A stretch of 64,000 bases of DNA from Nageia nagi (taxonomy: Eukaryota; Plantae; Pinophyta), in the NCBI GenBank assembly GCA_050084985.1, contig JBITNC010000001.1, positions 196,230,001-196,294,000 of the forward strand, in the 5' to 3' direction. Below the pieces are notes generated by a model. The model saw only the letters and a list, made by a program, of their open reading frames with translations, made no database searches and was not told where the DNA came from. A program made the position numbers and the translations under genes. Numbering within the stretch: position 1 is the first letter of the stretch; each line of letters starts with the position of its first letter. Positions 39,401 through 54,600 of this stretch are shown here, one piece after another.

Positions 39401-41623
39401 CCTTTTCACTTTCAAAAATATTGCATCCTTTAGACCTAAAATTAGAGCCTCATATTATACCATATTGTTAATGCAATCAAAGCTTAAATAGTAATACATA
39501 GGGATAACATCATCATGAGGGTTGATAAGAACAATTCCTATCCCCATGAAGAACCATCAAATAATAAGGTGCATTCATCATTTTTTGTGAAATAAGTGAA
39601 AAATTGCAAGAATTCAAGCTCAATATTGGAGTAGTAGCATAGGGATGCAGCAAAAGCACTTGGTTCAAGGGTGTTCTAGTTATCTACTTCATTAGGAAAC
39701 TAATCATGCATGCTAGATACTTCATTTTGTGGATGATTGATAATGAAATTTGCTATAGCCTATTCCTTTATTGATTTCTGAGTGATAAAGATGAAATCAA
39801 ATTCTTGAACTAACATTACCCACTTGGAAGCCCTTCTTGATAGGTAGGACTTGGACATGATATATCTAAGAGGATCATCCTGAGCTATGGCATAGATTGT
39901 ATTTCCAAGCAGGTAATGTCTTAAATTTTTTATTGAAAAGACTATAGCAAAACATATTTTTTCAATTAGAATGTACCTTGTCTCATAATCAAGTAAAGTC
40001 TTACTTACATAGTAGATTTTCCTTTCCTTATTAATGTCATCCTTTTTAGCTGGTATTGCCCCTAATGCACTTAATATTGCTAAAACATAAAGTAACAAAC
40101 TCTTTTTCTAATTATAAAAGACTAAAATTAGAGCATTAGTAAGATACCTTTGGATGTTGTCCAGAGCCTTTTGATATTTTTCATCCCAAATGAATTTCTC
40201 ACCTTTATTTAGCGAATGAGAAAATGGGAAAGTCCTATCTACCAGTTGAGCAATGGACCTTCTAACTTCTCTCACTTTTCCTTGAAGACTTTTCAACTCT
40301 TTCAAGTTCTAAAGAGGAGTTAAATCAATAATGGCCAAAACTTTCTTGGGATCCACCTCTATGCCTATTCTTAAAATAATGAACCCAAGTAATTTACATA
40401 ATGATATTGCAAATGCACACTTTTGTGGTTTCAACTTCAACTTATACTCTCTCATCCTTTGGAAAATCTTTCTCAAATTTGAAATGTGATCATCTTTGGT
40501 TGTGGATTTGGCTAGGATATCATCAACATGTACCTCATCACTATCATGGATTATATCATGGAACATAATCACCATGGCTCTTTGATAAGTTGCATTTGTA
40601 TTCTTTAGACTAAAAGGCATGACCAGCCAAAAAAATGTGCCCCAAGGAGTAACAAAAGTTATTTTATGTTGATCAACCTTATTGATCCCAATTTGATTAT
40701 AGCCAAAAAATCCATACATGAAAGAAAAATTCTCATAGCTTGCTTTTGAATCTACAATCATATTAATGTTAGAAAAAGGAAAAGCATATTTAGGATATGC
40801 CTTGTTGATATCCCTAAAATATGTACATCTTATCTCACCATTAGGCTTAGTTATAGGCATAATGTTATAAATACATGGAGAATAATCAATGAGAACAATG
40901 AAACCAAAAACAAGATACTTTTTAATTTATTTTTTAATGGCAAGGGCTACGCTAGGATGCATCTTTCTAGGCTTTTGTTGAACTAGTTTGACATTTTCAT
41001 TAATAAATAGGTTATGAGTGACAAAATTAGGATCAAGACCAAGCATATCAAAATAAGATCAAGCAAAGATATCAAAAAAGTCTTTTAATACTAGATGGTA
41101 CCTTTCTTATTCTTCTAGGGTTAACTAAGCTCCTAATTTGATCAATTATGGATCCTCTTCGGTACTAATGTTTACGTCTACTATTTCTTCGTTAAGATAG
41201 TACGTGTCATCATTGAGTTGGGAAGGCATAGGCAATGCCCCTAGTCCTGCATCCAAACTCAATCATAAGAGATGGGAATAACAAAATGGTGGTACTAGGA
41301 ACCTAGCACCATCGCCCCATTAAAGGATAGAAAGACTAACTATGAAAGATAAACTACCTAGACCTAGGACTGACTCTACAAAAAATGAATAAAAAATAAA
41401 TAAAAAATGAACAGAAATGAAAAGAAGGGTGAGGCTTTAACCTTTAATGTCTACATCATCTGTGCATACCTCCTTAGCAAAATATGCCTCATATCACAAG
41501 AACCATACTATGAGCCTCTTTTCACTGGACTTGGGGAACTCACTTCGTGCCCCTCGCTTCTCAAGGATGGCATCATCATTTATGAAGATGTCCACTCAAT
41601 CTGGAGCTCTAGGAGGTATGAAT

Positions 41624-44600
41624 TGTCATGGACCACATTTTGATGATCTCCATGGATGGTTAAGTTTGAGAGGACCAATATAAATTGACATTTTAATATC
41701 TTCATAAGATGATTTATGCTAACTCAAATTTGGTAATAACCAATATTAAGGGTTATTATTAAGACCATGATCTTAAAATGTTAATCATATTTTTACTTAA
41801 TAACGAATATTAGTATCTTTTGAGTGTATACCTACTTAAAGGATTATTATTTAAATAATAATTATTTAGACCATTTTAGCATTATGGTGTTTAGATTTGA
41901 AGATTCAATATTAATTATCTTTTAAAATTTATTTGAATCTCTCAATATTTAAATGTGGAATTTAATTATTGTTGAGGAGGTTAAATTCAAGGATAAAAAT
42001 TAATTTCCTTCCTCGCCATGCAATTTCCTTCTTCGCCATGCAAGAAGGATGGATTTCTATTTATAGAATTTGAGGAATCATCTACGGGAGATGCGGAGGG
42101 AGATGTGGGAGAAGTGGGTGTTTAACAAACTCAATAACCTTTCCAGCTTCCTACGACATTCACGTCGGAGAGCTCTGAACAAAAGGTCTGGAAACAAAAA
42201 AAAATATATGCAAGCATGTTTGGCCTTCATGGTTGTGCGGGATATCAGAGGGAGTTTGGAACTTCATTGCCAAATTGCCCTTAAGACCTGAGCTGGGCAT
42301 GTGACTGCGTCGGTTGTGAGATGACAAGCCAAACTCTGTAATCGCATGAACTGCACAAAACAGTCATGGGGAAATCGTCGAATGCGATGAGGAGAGTGGA
42401 CTATATTCCAAATAAAATACCAGTGTTAGAAAGAATAATTGCTTCTGTACCAGCAAAGCAAAAAGCTTGCAATTTCGTTGAGGTTGTTAACGACTCTTCT
42501 GGAACCGTTGTCAAAGTCTTAAAGAACCTGCTGTTATGTGATGACTGTTACAACGTGACCGATTATATCTCTAAGTTTATTACACTAATACTACCAGTTC
42601 AGTTCACCTTTCCCAGCGCCATCAAAGCATGCACAAAAATAGGAGATTTTCGCCAAAAATTATAATAAATCAAAGACCCTTTAACAACAGATTTCTATCA
42701 GATGTTGGGTTGTGAGTGCACCGGTAGTCACGCATGCAAAATGCGTAGAAAAGGGCGATGAATTGTTATACAAGATACATGATGCAAATGTAGATTCGGG
42801 GAGCGCAGTGACAACAGGATATACGTAAAATGGTTACGTTGACAAGGCGCAGTTTCGTGGAGTGCAGCGATCACAGGGCATGCACAGGAATTATACGTCA
42901 GACGGGCCTGCGAATTACTTGACAAGTTGTATGCTGCAAATGTGATTTCATGGAGTACAGCAACCGCAGGGCATGCACTGGATGGTTTTTTTTTGTTAAA
43001 TGGCTCTAAAGACTTTTCAGGAAATATAATAGTCAGACGCAAAAGCAAAACTCTACAACGTTACCGTCATTCTTCCCAGCGTGCACCAGCAGAAGACTAT
43101 GGACGCTTAGAGAAGGCACATACGGAAGACACAGTTCATGGCATGTACTGATTGGAGGTTATAAGTTGGGATTGCCTTTCCGCGTCACTTTTCTTAGTTC
43201 TAAGTTCTGCCAATGTGTTGGGATTGCCTTTCCTCGCCACTTTTCTGTAATGATGCATGGAATGCATCGAACAAAGGATATGCACCAAAATAGATGCATT
43301 TAGAGGTATGCTTGTGCTTTATCCTCATTAACTGATGCATGGTAATTTTGTTACTGATTTAGAGGTTAAAGGTTAACCTAAATATTAAGTAACTTAGTAA
43401 ATGGTTTGTGAATACTTGAATATTGGGAATATTTGAAAAGAACATATTTTAGAGTAATGAGTATATTACTCTGAAATATAAGTTTATGATTATTTTAAAG
43501 AATAACATCGTACAACATTTATACTTGGTCACTAAAAATAGATTATTTCTTTGGGTACATACTTTGGATATTATGTTTTGGCATTGTTTTTTTAGAGTCT
43601 CTTAAATAATGATATTATTTCATCCATGATCGTATTGGAATATTGAAGCATTTTATTATTGTTAAGAATATTAAGAGTCTTAATATGTATACATACGTTA
43701 AGGTTCAAATACTTTCATTAATGGTGGTGATACAAGCTATTATGTTCTTAAGGGATGTGTGGTAGTGTAAATTCCATATTTTTGATATTGAGGTAAATGT
43801 TTATCTAAACCTTGAATTTGAACTCTTAGAAAACACCTTTCATTGTATTTAAGGAAAACATCTTAGTTTTGATATTTAAAAGAAACACCAATTATTGTAG
43901 TAAGTGTTGTTAAACAGTGTCATATGTTATATGAATTGATATTTTAGGTTATGGAAAAATTTTTACAATTAAGTTATGGTGAAACCCTTAAATTACTGTT
44001 ACAATGTGTTTATGATTACCGTAACTAGTCTATATTTTCCTAGGAAATATCTTTTCTTAGGTGAAAGAAAAATATATTAGTTCAGTGGTTGATAAGATTA
44101 CCTAACATGTGTGGAGTCATTTTGAATATGTGTTTTATAAATAAGAACAAAATTGAATTTATGAGATTATATTATTAATGCCAATGGTAGACTTTGGTAT
44201 TATGAATATGTTTTCATTGAAATTGATGTGTTAATTTACTTTACCATTTGAGGTAGTATTACAAATATCATGCTACTTATAGACAAAGTATTATAAGTAC
44301 TTCTTCACTTACGATTATGATAGTTAGATATTTTGTATTGAATTGAGTTATTATGGATATTTGATCACCTTATAGTGTGATGAATAGCTTACCATAATAA
44401 TATGTTCTAATACTTGAAATTTGATATTATTTTTATAAAGTTGATATGAGAGACAAGTGATTATTATTAGCAATAGTTACATTATGTAGAATGTTAGCAT
44501 TGTTGGTATATTTAATTATGGAAAAATTAACAAATGCCTAAAGAGTACTTAGAGGATGAAAGCATAGTTGCATGTGATGCACTAAGTCATGAGTTTATGA

Positions 44601-45538
44601 TCCTTGTACGATTTGAAATAGTTGAGAACTTACTATTTTATGATTGTGGAATACTTAGGATATTGTGAAAGATTGAGTTCTCTTTACCATAAGAAACAAA
44701 TGGTTGAATGAGATGTACTAGGAATGATTGTGAAGTAATTTTTCATGCTTAAGTAGGTAAAGCATGTGAGTAGTTTGTAATTAGTTCTGGTAAGTTAATG
44801 AATCCTACTGTTATTTGATTACATCATCATCACATTACAATGAGAGTTTATTATTGAAGTACTTCCTAGTTAATAGTATAAAAATGTGTGGAGTACAATT
44901 GCATGTTGAATCCATGGAATGTGGTGGTACATTTAGTATTGAATTTATTGACACCTTATATTGTTAAGTTTCATAGTGCATTTTATGTACTTAATAAGAA
45001 ATATGACATGTGTAAATTGAGTGAATGACCCAATTTGTAATAATTTTATTATGGTGATAATAAACTATTATTAGGTAGCATAGCTAACAAGGATTTATCG
45101 AGAGCAAAAATGCTTAGGGTTTTTCCTGAGCATTAGCTCAAATCCTATGTTGTGGATGGATACATTGGTGTTTGGTTTTATGTCTTTTACTTTTATGTAT
45201 TATTTCAATAAGTTGTTCATGTGGAATGTTTTAGTATTAAATAATGATCTTGAATTTAGCATAATGTTCTAAGTTATGTTTTACTTTGAGAAGATATTTT
45301 GTTAAGTTATTAGATTTGATTTATATGATGTAAGAAAAAGAAGACAATATTATATCAATATTGAATTGATGACTTTTGAATATGCTTATTAATGATTTTT
45401 GAATCAATTTTAATTTAAATGACCAATATAATTAAATATTGAAACATATTTAGTTTTTTGGGTGGAACTCACCTAAAATTTATGTACTTATAAAAAAAAT
45501 CAGTGTGGGTTTTTAGAGTGAGATAGTGGTTCTTTACC
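41624..45538 (+). mobile_element. 3.9-kb solo LTR nested in element 1
   Basis: TSD TGAAT (41619-41623, 45539-45543); imperfect terminal inverted repeats TGTCATGGACCAC / GTGGTTCTTTACC; removing it restores colinearity with element 2 around 54690; TATA-like CTATTTATAG at ~42057. Confidence 0.8.
42205..43150 (+). pseudogene. Scrambled PPR/DYW gene fragments captured inside the solo LTR
   Basis: QAC...GSLELHCQI; E+/DYW piece MRRVDYIPNKIPVLE / LLLYQQSKKLAISLRLL / VVKVLKNLLLCDDCYNVTDYISK; then PPR motifs QFTFPSAIKACTKIG, IHDANVDS.SAVTTGYVK, VSWSAAITGHAQ, LLDKLYAANVISWSTATAGHA, NSTTLPSFFPAC; many frameshifts. Confidence 0.8.
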
Positions 45539-45597
45539 TGAATAGTAAGCTTGTAATTACTTTATTACACCATGCATCATCCCACAATGCAAACACT

Positions 45598-45697
<100 letters not shown>

Positions 45698-48600
45698 TGT
45701 GGTATTTTTCATTGTTGTCCACATGTTCAATCACTAGAATTGATGAAGATAAGCTAGTTGTAAAATCATCAAACCCAACACTAGTTGGTATTTTGTGTTG
45801 ACCATCATTTTGAATGGGCTCTATAATACACTTCTCATTCTTACCTAATCCTTTTTCACCATATGAACATTTATGCATATTCATTAGAAAAAGCATAATC
45901 AATGCTATTGAAATGCATATTGACCTAACTTGGTATTTTTATGAAATAGGAGCTATATATTTATTATCAGATGCACTTTTTTCTTTGTGTTCTTAATAGA
46001 GGACATTCACATATTCAATTATATCATTGTTCTTCTCAAGAATGGAGAGACAACACTCAACTTCAGTCTCCTTCTACCAAAAGCATTAAGTTTATAGGAT
46101 TACAAGGGGTCATCTGAGCTCTCTAAAGTCCTCTCAAGTTATGTACGCTTTAATACTTACCTCTTTTGGGGTGATAGTTGTGACAAGTTTTGGTGCATAT
46201 TCCTCACTTTCGACCAAATCATGAGGGATCCAAAACCTCTTAGCTACGTGACACACATCTATAGGATTATCCTTTGCATGAATAGTAACATGCTTTCCTT
46301 TATGCATAAATTTAATTGATCGATCTAATGTGGATGTAATATCCCTAATCTTATGGATCCATAGTTGACCAAGCAACAAGTTATATGGCAATTTCACTTG
46401 AAAAATAAACTTTTTGATGAACCATTTTACCACCTACTTTAATAGGCATAGATACATATCCAATACATTCTTTTTAGTATTATCAAACCCCTTAATGCTA
46501 CTACTGATTCTTTTCATTTTTACATATATGAAAGGAAAGTATTTTTGTAATAATTCAATTGAACATATATTGAAATTTGAACTAGTATCAATCAAATCTT
46601 TTTTTAATAGGAACACCATCAATGTTAACATGAATATACAGTACTAAATTTTTCTCAATAATATCTTCATTAGGCAATTCACTTTCTTAAAATGAAAGCA
46701 TGTTATAAACTAAATCAATATCAAGATTGCCTACTAATTCATGAGGCTCATATTATATCTTGCAATGATATAGCAATTTCTGCAATTACTTCCTTAGGAT
46801 CATACATGCATTTGTTCTATGAACTTTAACTTTATGATACTTGCAAAATTCCACTTCCTTGTACCAACTAGGTTTATCATCATGAGGACTTAGCCCTTAT
46901 TTTGGATTAGGTTTTATTATTCCTTTTTGTAAATAGTCCTTAAACATAATAATAGGAGCTGAAGGTAACCTATTATTCTTTCTAAAAAATTTCTTTGCTT
47001 GATTCTTTTGTTGCTCTTTAGATGAGGTTCTTATATGGTATGGACCACTTTATCTTACTTTTTTCAATGTCTACTTTCCTTAGTTTCTTTTCTAGGATTT
47101 CCATATTTCAAGTCACCCATATCAACTAAGCACTTCTCTTTTTAGGCAAGCCTATGCACAATCTTGGTAAATGGTAAGGTCATGTAATCTAGGGAAATGA
47201 ACTTCAATTTAGGATGGATATTGTGGATAAACATGTATGTGATATTATACTCAGATAAGGGTTCAAGAATCAAGCTCCATATCTTTTGAAACCTTTGGCA
47301 AAATTTATTAAATCACTCATTTGGAATTTGGATAACACTAACTAGATCTGAAACTGTCATTTGTCTAAGAGCATGATATTATAAATGTATATAAATTTCC
47401 AAGATAAGTAGGACATAGCAATTAATTAACTTAGTAGATAAAGAGATGTACTAATTGAGTGCATCACCTCTAAATATGGTAGGGAAGTATTTGGCCATCA
47501 AGTTATAATTCATCCCAAATTTCAACTTGAATTTCATTTCAAAAGCCTTGATATGAGCCATAGGATCTCCATCACCATTGTATATGTTGAAAATAGGTTT
47601 CACTTGTAGATTAGTATTGTAAATATCATCACATAACAAATTTGAATCCCTAGTCATGGGTGGAGAAAGGATCGACTATTGCCCCTAATATTAGAGGTTT
47701 CACATTGTTCTTCATTTCCATATAGCATCTTCTTGAGGTTAGCTCTATTATCCTCATCAAGTTTATTGACCATGGTAATAAAATGAGGAGGTTCCATTTT
47801 TAAAATACTTGAAATTGAAGATTATTCCTCTCCAAAACCTAAGGGTTTTGGTGCAACTAGTGAAGGATAACACAATGTATTGAAAAGAAATCAGGTTCAC
47901 CAATTGTTATAACCAAAATAATAATTATTAAGGTTATTTATAGAATATTAAATTCACCAATTAACTATGAAATAATATAAAATTGATGACATGGAATATG
48001 AAACTGACCTAATTTACCTTTACCTATCAAAATTAGATTTACAAAAGATACATACTTGTACTTTATCTATGATGATGAAGATAGGTGAGATTTGACTAAA
48101 AGAGGATGAATGATGAGCTTTCTCAAAATACAGAGCCACTAATTTGACCTCATCCTAATAGTAGTGCTAGAAACCTAGTGACAGTGCTCGATTACCATTA
48201 CATAATGTGTCTCCCTTCCACTTGATGTCATCATCCCACCTTCAATCAATAGAATCTCACTTTCGATGGGATGAAAGATTGCATGAATATAGAGCTTAGA
48301 GTATAACAAAATCCAAAGATGATAGGTGGTGTTAAGAAACACTAGTCAAGATTGATACAAGTATATTTCCACCTATCAAGGATTCAATACTATATTATAT
48401 CATGTCATATCTTTGATCATGCACAATCCCTCCACCTTTATAGGAAACATGTCTAGTTCTAAGGCTCCTCAAGCTTATTATGATGCCAAGCTGATATGTT
48501 ACCACAAAACATAAAGGTAGATGAGAGTGTACATGAAAAAGAGAATTTATTTAATAAATTAAATAAATTATTTCAAATACCTAAAAGGGTATTTTAATTA

Positions 48601-49708
48601 AATTAAAATTCCTTTTTAGTTGTTAACACCTATAACATAAGTTATGGCTATCTGAAAATGGGGTTGTATTTGATATGACTGTGACATAAGAAATTATTCA
48701 ATCACTTATCATTTCTCTAATAGATGATGTCTTAATTAATGTGGGAGAGTTATGGTTTTTTGCTCCATTTTTTATAGATTTTGGGTGAATTAAGAGTTTT
48801 CTAGCTTCATCAACACTGGAGAAAAATTTTGACTACTTTTTTTTATGGAAGATATCTTTTGAAATATCTTCTACAATAGTGCATTCCTATGGCCAAATTC
48901 AACCTATGAAAATAGAGTAAATAAGTAGCCTGAAGGGTAGCCTCAGGATCTTAACATGTGAAATAATGTATGCTTCATCTTCTCAAAGTCTTCTTCATCC
49001 TCTTCTTTGATCATAACTATTTTTAGTTTGTTGACTATGAAGGATTTAATCTTTTCTACTATTAAAATATTTTTTCTTTTCTATCACAATAATAGAATTA
49101 GGAATTAGTGAATGATATTCATAGTGTTGTTCATAAATTCCTTAATTTTTAGGGATGTTTTGAATCAAATCTAGATACCCTCTAGAGTGTATCTAGTGGT
49201 TATTATTATAATTTAACACATTAGAAAAGTTATTGGAAAAGGATATTGCTTGATATAAATAATTCTAATAATGAAAATTTTGGAAAGAATACATGAAAGT
49301 ACTATAACTTGTACTTTTGCATAATGTATAAGTTCATAAGATTCTTAGTTCTAATTGGTAATTTTTTCATCTTTTATTATTTTTGATGGCTCCTGATCAA
49401 TCCATCCATGGAAGAGTACATGCACAAGGCTCCAAGTTTTTTAGATGCCAAGGAATATTGGACATGAAATGAAATAAAAAATCTACCAATTGAGGTAAAT
49501 TTTAAGACTTAAAATTATGCAATTATTGCTATGGCACATTTCATAGCCTAATATTCAATTATGGGATAGTGGAGTAAAAGGCAAGATATCTACAAAATTT
49601 CCCTAAATCTCAATAATTTTTTATTTTATTTTTATAAATAGTAAGATATCTTCTCTAGTGATATATATGGTTTCTCTACTATGTAATAATTCCAAAAACT
49701 TGATAAAA

Positions 49709-50116
49709 ATGGAGGAGAAAAGGGGAAGAGGAAAAGAGAGAGTAGCTCATTTTCAAGCTTGGGGGCATACTAGGCTACATTGATGTAGACAATAGGAAGG
49801 TTGTTGGATGCTAGAGAGGGTAGGTGATTGGGGAGTTGTGGGGGAAAACTAACCTGAGTAAAGGCTCATTTTGGTATGAAAATGCAAATGAATTTATGGT
49901 GGTATGATTTGGTGGCATTGGGAATTAGAGGAATGGTTGGGGTGGGTATATTTGTCATCACCGAAAGGGTAGCTAAAGAGCATGTTAGAATGATCATTAT
50001 TATCTCATATACCATAGTAGAGATTTTGACCTTGCTTTCTACCTTTTGTTATATGGATTTTTGTTTTGCCATATTGGTTGTGGGTGGTTCCTTTAGTTAT
50101 CTCAAAACCACCTTTG
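49709..50116 (+). pseudogene. Decayed exon 1 of cationic amino acid transporter (CAT6/7-like), copy 2
   Basis: SFSSLGAY*ATLM*TIGRL...MQMNLWWYDLVALGIRGMVGVGIFVIT...LLSTFCYMDF...VGGSFSYLKTTFG then GTATGA donor; TATA-like motif ~49661. Confidence 0.82.
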
Positions 50117-51641
50117 GTATGATTATTTTTAAAGAAAAAAATAAGATCATTATTTAGTATTCTAGTGATGTATTCGAGAATCAATCATACCATCTTATCT
50201 TCTTGTACATGCACATATAATGTAAATACATTATTGATTATTTTTTTATTTTATTGAATACTTCAATATAGTTTGCAAACATTCACAATATCCATACAAG
50301 TTTTGACAAAACATAGGAACAACACGGAGATGCACCCTGCTTTTAGATCAATGACTTAGAAGGGGTATCAAATTGGAAATAAACATGATAATGTGCTACA
50401 AATGTGTGTATGGTTACTGATCATCTCTCAAAGATGTTGAAATTCATGACTAGTAATAGTACATTTTACACTCAATATCATGCAATATAGTATGTTGTCT
50501 TATTTTCTTTATTTTCATTCTATATAAAATATAAGCATTGTATTATACTCTAGTTAAATGTTTTCATAGAATGTATATGATTAGTTCCCCTATCAATATA
50601 ATTTATTCCATAAATAATAATTTGTGTAACTCATCCAAAAATCAACAAGGCTTTTGCTTATAGTTTTTATATCTTTTTGTATGGTATGAGGACTAGGAGT
50701 TTCTATAGGAAATAAACATGCATCAATAATAGTTTTTTATATCTTATTGTAACATATAAGGAGCAAGATTTTATCTCAAAAATATGCATGCATAATAAAG
50801 TTATCTATGTTTTAAGAAGAATATAATAGTGAGAGCACAAGAGGGGCTCATTAGAAAGTGTTCATTTCCCAAGGAATTATTTTAAAGAAAATAAAGTATG
50901 ACTTAACATAATTGTGAATATCAAGCTAATACACACAAAGATATATTTTTCACCAAGTATATAAGCCTTGAAATACAAGAAGAGGACCTTAATAGTTTGA
51001 ACTTCATGCCCTTTTAATATCACATTACTAACACCTAAGTTAGTAACAATATAGTTTGAACTTCATGCTATTCAAAAATTTGTGTATTTCTATACATGCT
51101 TGAATTTATTTTGTGGTTATTCATATATGCCTATATAATGGATATTGAACACTAGTTTTGAAAGTAAAACATTCTTCATGTATTTAATCAATTATAAAAC
51201 ATTCAATCATAGGATATTCCTGCAAGGGAATGTTCATGTACAAATGTAAACATTGTTTTGAGACAACATAATATATTCATACCAACAAAGTAGTTGTTGG
51301 GTTTAGGTGACACATCAAATTTGAGGTGACTGTAGGTGTTCTCGATAAACTATTTATGATATGGAGAAAATTATAAGCGTAATAGTTTTCATTATTTTTA
51401 TTTAATTTTTTTATTGATTGTTTTATCCAATATGTTTTTAGATAGTTTCAATATAAAGCTATAACTAAATAATCATTAATAGAGTGTGCAAAGGAAAGTA
51501 CAACATTAGATAGAGTTCCATTAACCTTTCAAGTACTTGAAAAACACATTAAGGAAAAATTTGAGCTCCCCATAAATGCATGGGTGTATATTTCTAATTA
51601 TCTAAATGATTTAATTCCAATTACCATGAGTTAGGATGTTG

Positions 51642-54600
51642 TGTTAACACCTAAAAATGAATTTTAATTTAATTAAAATACCCTTTTAGGTTTTCAAAAT
51701 AATTTATTTAATTTATTAAATAAATCCTCTTTTACATGTGCACTCTCAACTACCTTATATTTTATGGTAACAGGTCAGCTCGACATCATAATAAACTTAA
51801 GGAAGAGCCTTAGCACTACACATGTTGCCTATAAAGGTGGAGGGGTTATGCATAATCAAATATATGGCATGACATGACATAATCCTAAATCCTTGATAGG
51901 TGGAAATATACTTATGTCAATCTTGATTGGTGTTTCTTAATGCCACCTATCATCTCTACATTTTATTATACTCTTATCTCTACATTCCTATGATCTTTCA
52001 TCCCTTCATGAGCGAGATTCCATGCATCAAAGGTGGTACAACAACATCAAGTGAAAGGGTGAGGTATTATAGAATGGTAACAATTAGTGAATCCAACTTC
52101 TTTTTTATACATCATGTTATCCTTCATTAGTTGCACCAAAACCCTAGGGTTTTGGATAAAACTAATCCTACATTTCAAGTGTTTTAGAAATGGAACCTAC
52201 TAAGTTTCTTGCCATGGTCACTAGCTTTGATGAGGCCACCAAAGCTAATCCAAAGAAGATGCTATATGAAAATGAAGAGATAAGTGAAGCCTCTAATATT
52301 GGGGGAAATAATCGATCCATTGGAAGTGCTCAACCCATTTCTAGGGATTCAAATCCATTGTGTGATGAGATTTGTAATAGTAGGCATTCAATTTGCAAGT
52401 AGAACCTATTTTTGATACATACAATGGTGAGGGAAATCCTATGGTGCATATCAAAGCTTTCAAAATGAAGTTTGAATTGAAATTTAGGATGAATGATAAA
52501 TTTATAGCTAAATAATTCCCTACTACATTTAGAGGTGATGCACTCAATTGGTACTTCTCTTTACCCACTATGTCCATAAATTGTTATGTACAAATTATCT
52601 TAGAATTTTATATCCATTTCAAATATCATGATCCTAGATAAATGATAGTTTTAGATTTAGTTAGTGCTATCCAAGGTTCAAATGAGCAATTTAAAAAAAA
52701 TTGCCTAAAGATTTCAAAAGATATGGAGCACGATTCCCAAAATATTATCTAATTCTCATATTAGGTCCATGTTTACCCATAATATCCATCCTAAATTAAA
52801 GTTCATATTCCTATACTACATGAATTTACTCTTTACAAACATTATGCATAGGCTTACCCAAAAAGAGAAGTGTTTAGTTGATATGGGTGACTTGAAATAT
52901 GGAAACCTTAATAAGGAGACTAAGGGAGTTAGAAATAAAAATTAAAAAAAAGGTAAAGAGGTACATGCCATAGAAGAACACCCATCCAAAGAGAAACAAA
53001 AGAGTTAAGAAAAGTAAAATTTCAAAAAGAATAACATATTACCTTTGGCTCCTACTATTATGTTTAAGGATTATTTACAAAAGGGACTAATCAAACCTAA
53101 TTCAAAACAAGAGCTAGGTGCTCATGATGATAAATGTAGTTGGTACAATGAAGTGGAATTTTATGAATATCATAAAGTTAAAGTTAATAGAAAAAATGCA
53201 TGTATGATCCTAAGGAAATAATTGTAAAAATTGTTGGATGATGAAAAGATACAATATGAGTTCCATGCAGTTGATTTAGAGGATGTTGAACCCCTCATAG
53301 TAAATATCATCATCAACCAAGAACAATACAATGCCACTAGGAGAGGAATACCTAGAGGGAGAATCAATCCAACAACTATAGAGAATATAGAGATCCCTCA
53401 CAATTTTAGTATGCAACAACTCTTTGAGAAATTAAAGGTAACTCATGCTAAGATACATATTTTCAAACCTTTGTAATTATCATTTGATCATCAAAATGCT
53501 TTATTTGATGCAATTAAGAAAGCTGAAGTTGATGGATATATTCTTGTTGCTAAATTTGTTGAGCTAGTTGGTAATCTTAATACTAATTTAGTTTGTAATA
53601 TGCTTTCCTTTCAAGAGAATGAATTACCTAGTGAAGATGTTATTAAAAAAAATGTAGGATTGTATATCTATGTTAACATTGATGGTGTTCCTATTAAAAA
53701 AGATTTGATTGATATTAGTTCAAATGTCAATATATGTGTAGTTGAATTATTGCAAAAGTACTTTCCTTCCATTTATGCAAAAATGAAAAGAACCATTATT
53801 AACATTAAAGGGTTTGATAATAATGAAAAGGAATGTATTGGATATGTATCTATGCCTATTAGAGTAGGTAATAAAATGGTTCATCAAAAAAAAAAATCAA
53901 GTGAAATTACCATATAATTTGTTGTTGGATATACCATGGATCCATAAGATTAGGGTTGTTACTTCCATATTGCATTAATCAATTAAATTTATACACAAAG
54001 GCAAGAAGGTTATGATCCATGTAGAAGATAATCCTACAAATGTTTTTCAAGAAACTAAGAGGTTTTGGATTCCTCATGATTTGGTCAAAAGTGAGGAATA
54101 TGCAAAAACACCTATCACCATTATCACCATGCAAGAGGTAAGCATTGGATCATACAAAATCCTAAATATAAACATCTAGAAGAATTTCAAGAAGCTTAAA
54201 TGATCCCTTTTAGTACTAAAAATATAATGTTGGCTTGAAAGAGTCTAAAACTAAGAGATGTCACTTTATTCTTGAGGAAGAAAATGAACCTGTTGAAGAT
54301 GTCAATGTCCTCTATCAAGAACATGAAGAAAAATGTACATCCGATAGTGAATATACAACTCCCATTTTGCAAAAATTGCCAAGTTAGGTAAGTATGCATT
54401 TCAATAGCATTAATTTTGATTTTGCTAACTAATATATGCACAAATGTTAGTATAGTGGAAAAGGATTAGGTAATAATGAGCAGGGTATCATAGAGCCTAT
54501 TCTAAATGAAGTTCACCATAAGAGAATAACCAGTGTTGCATTTGATGAGTCTACACCTAGCTCATATTCATCTATTCCAATCATTCAGCATGTTGATAGT

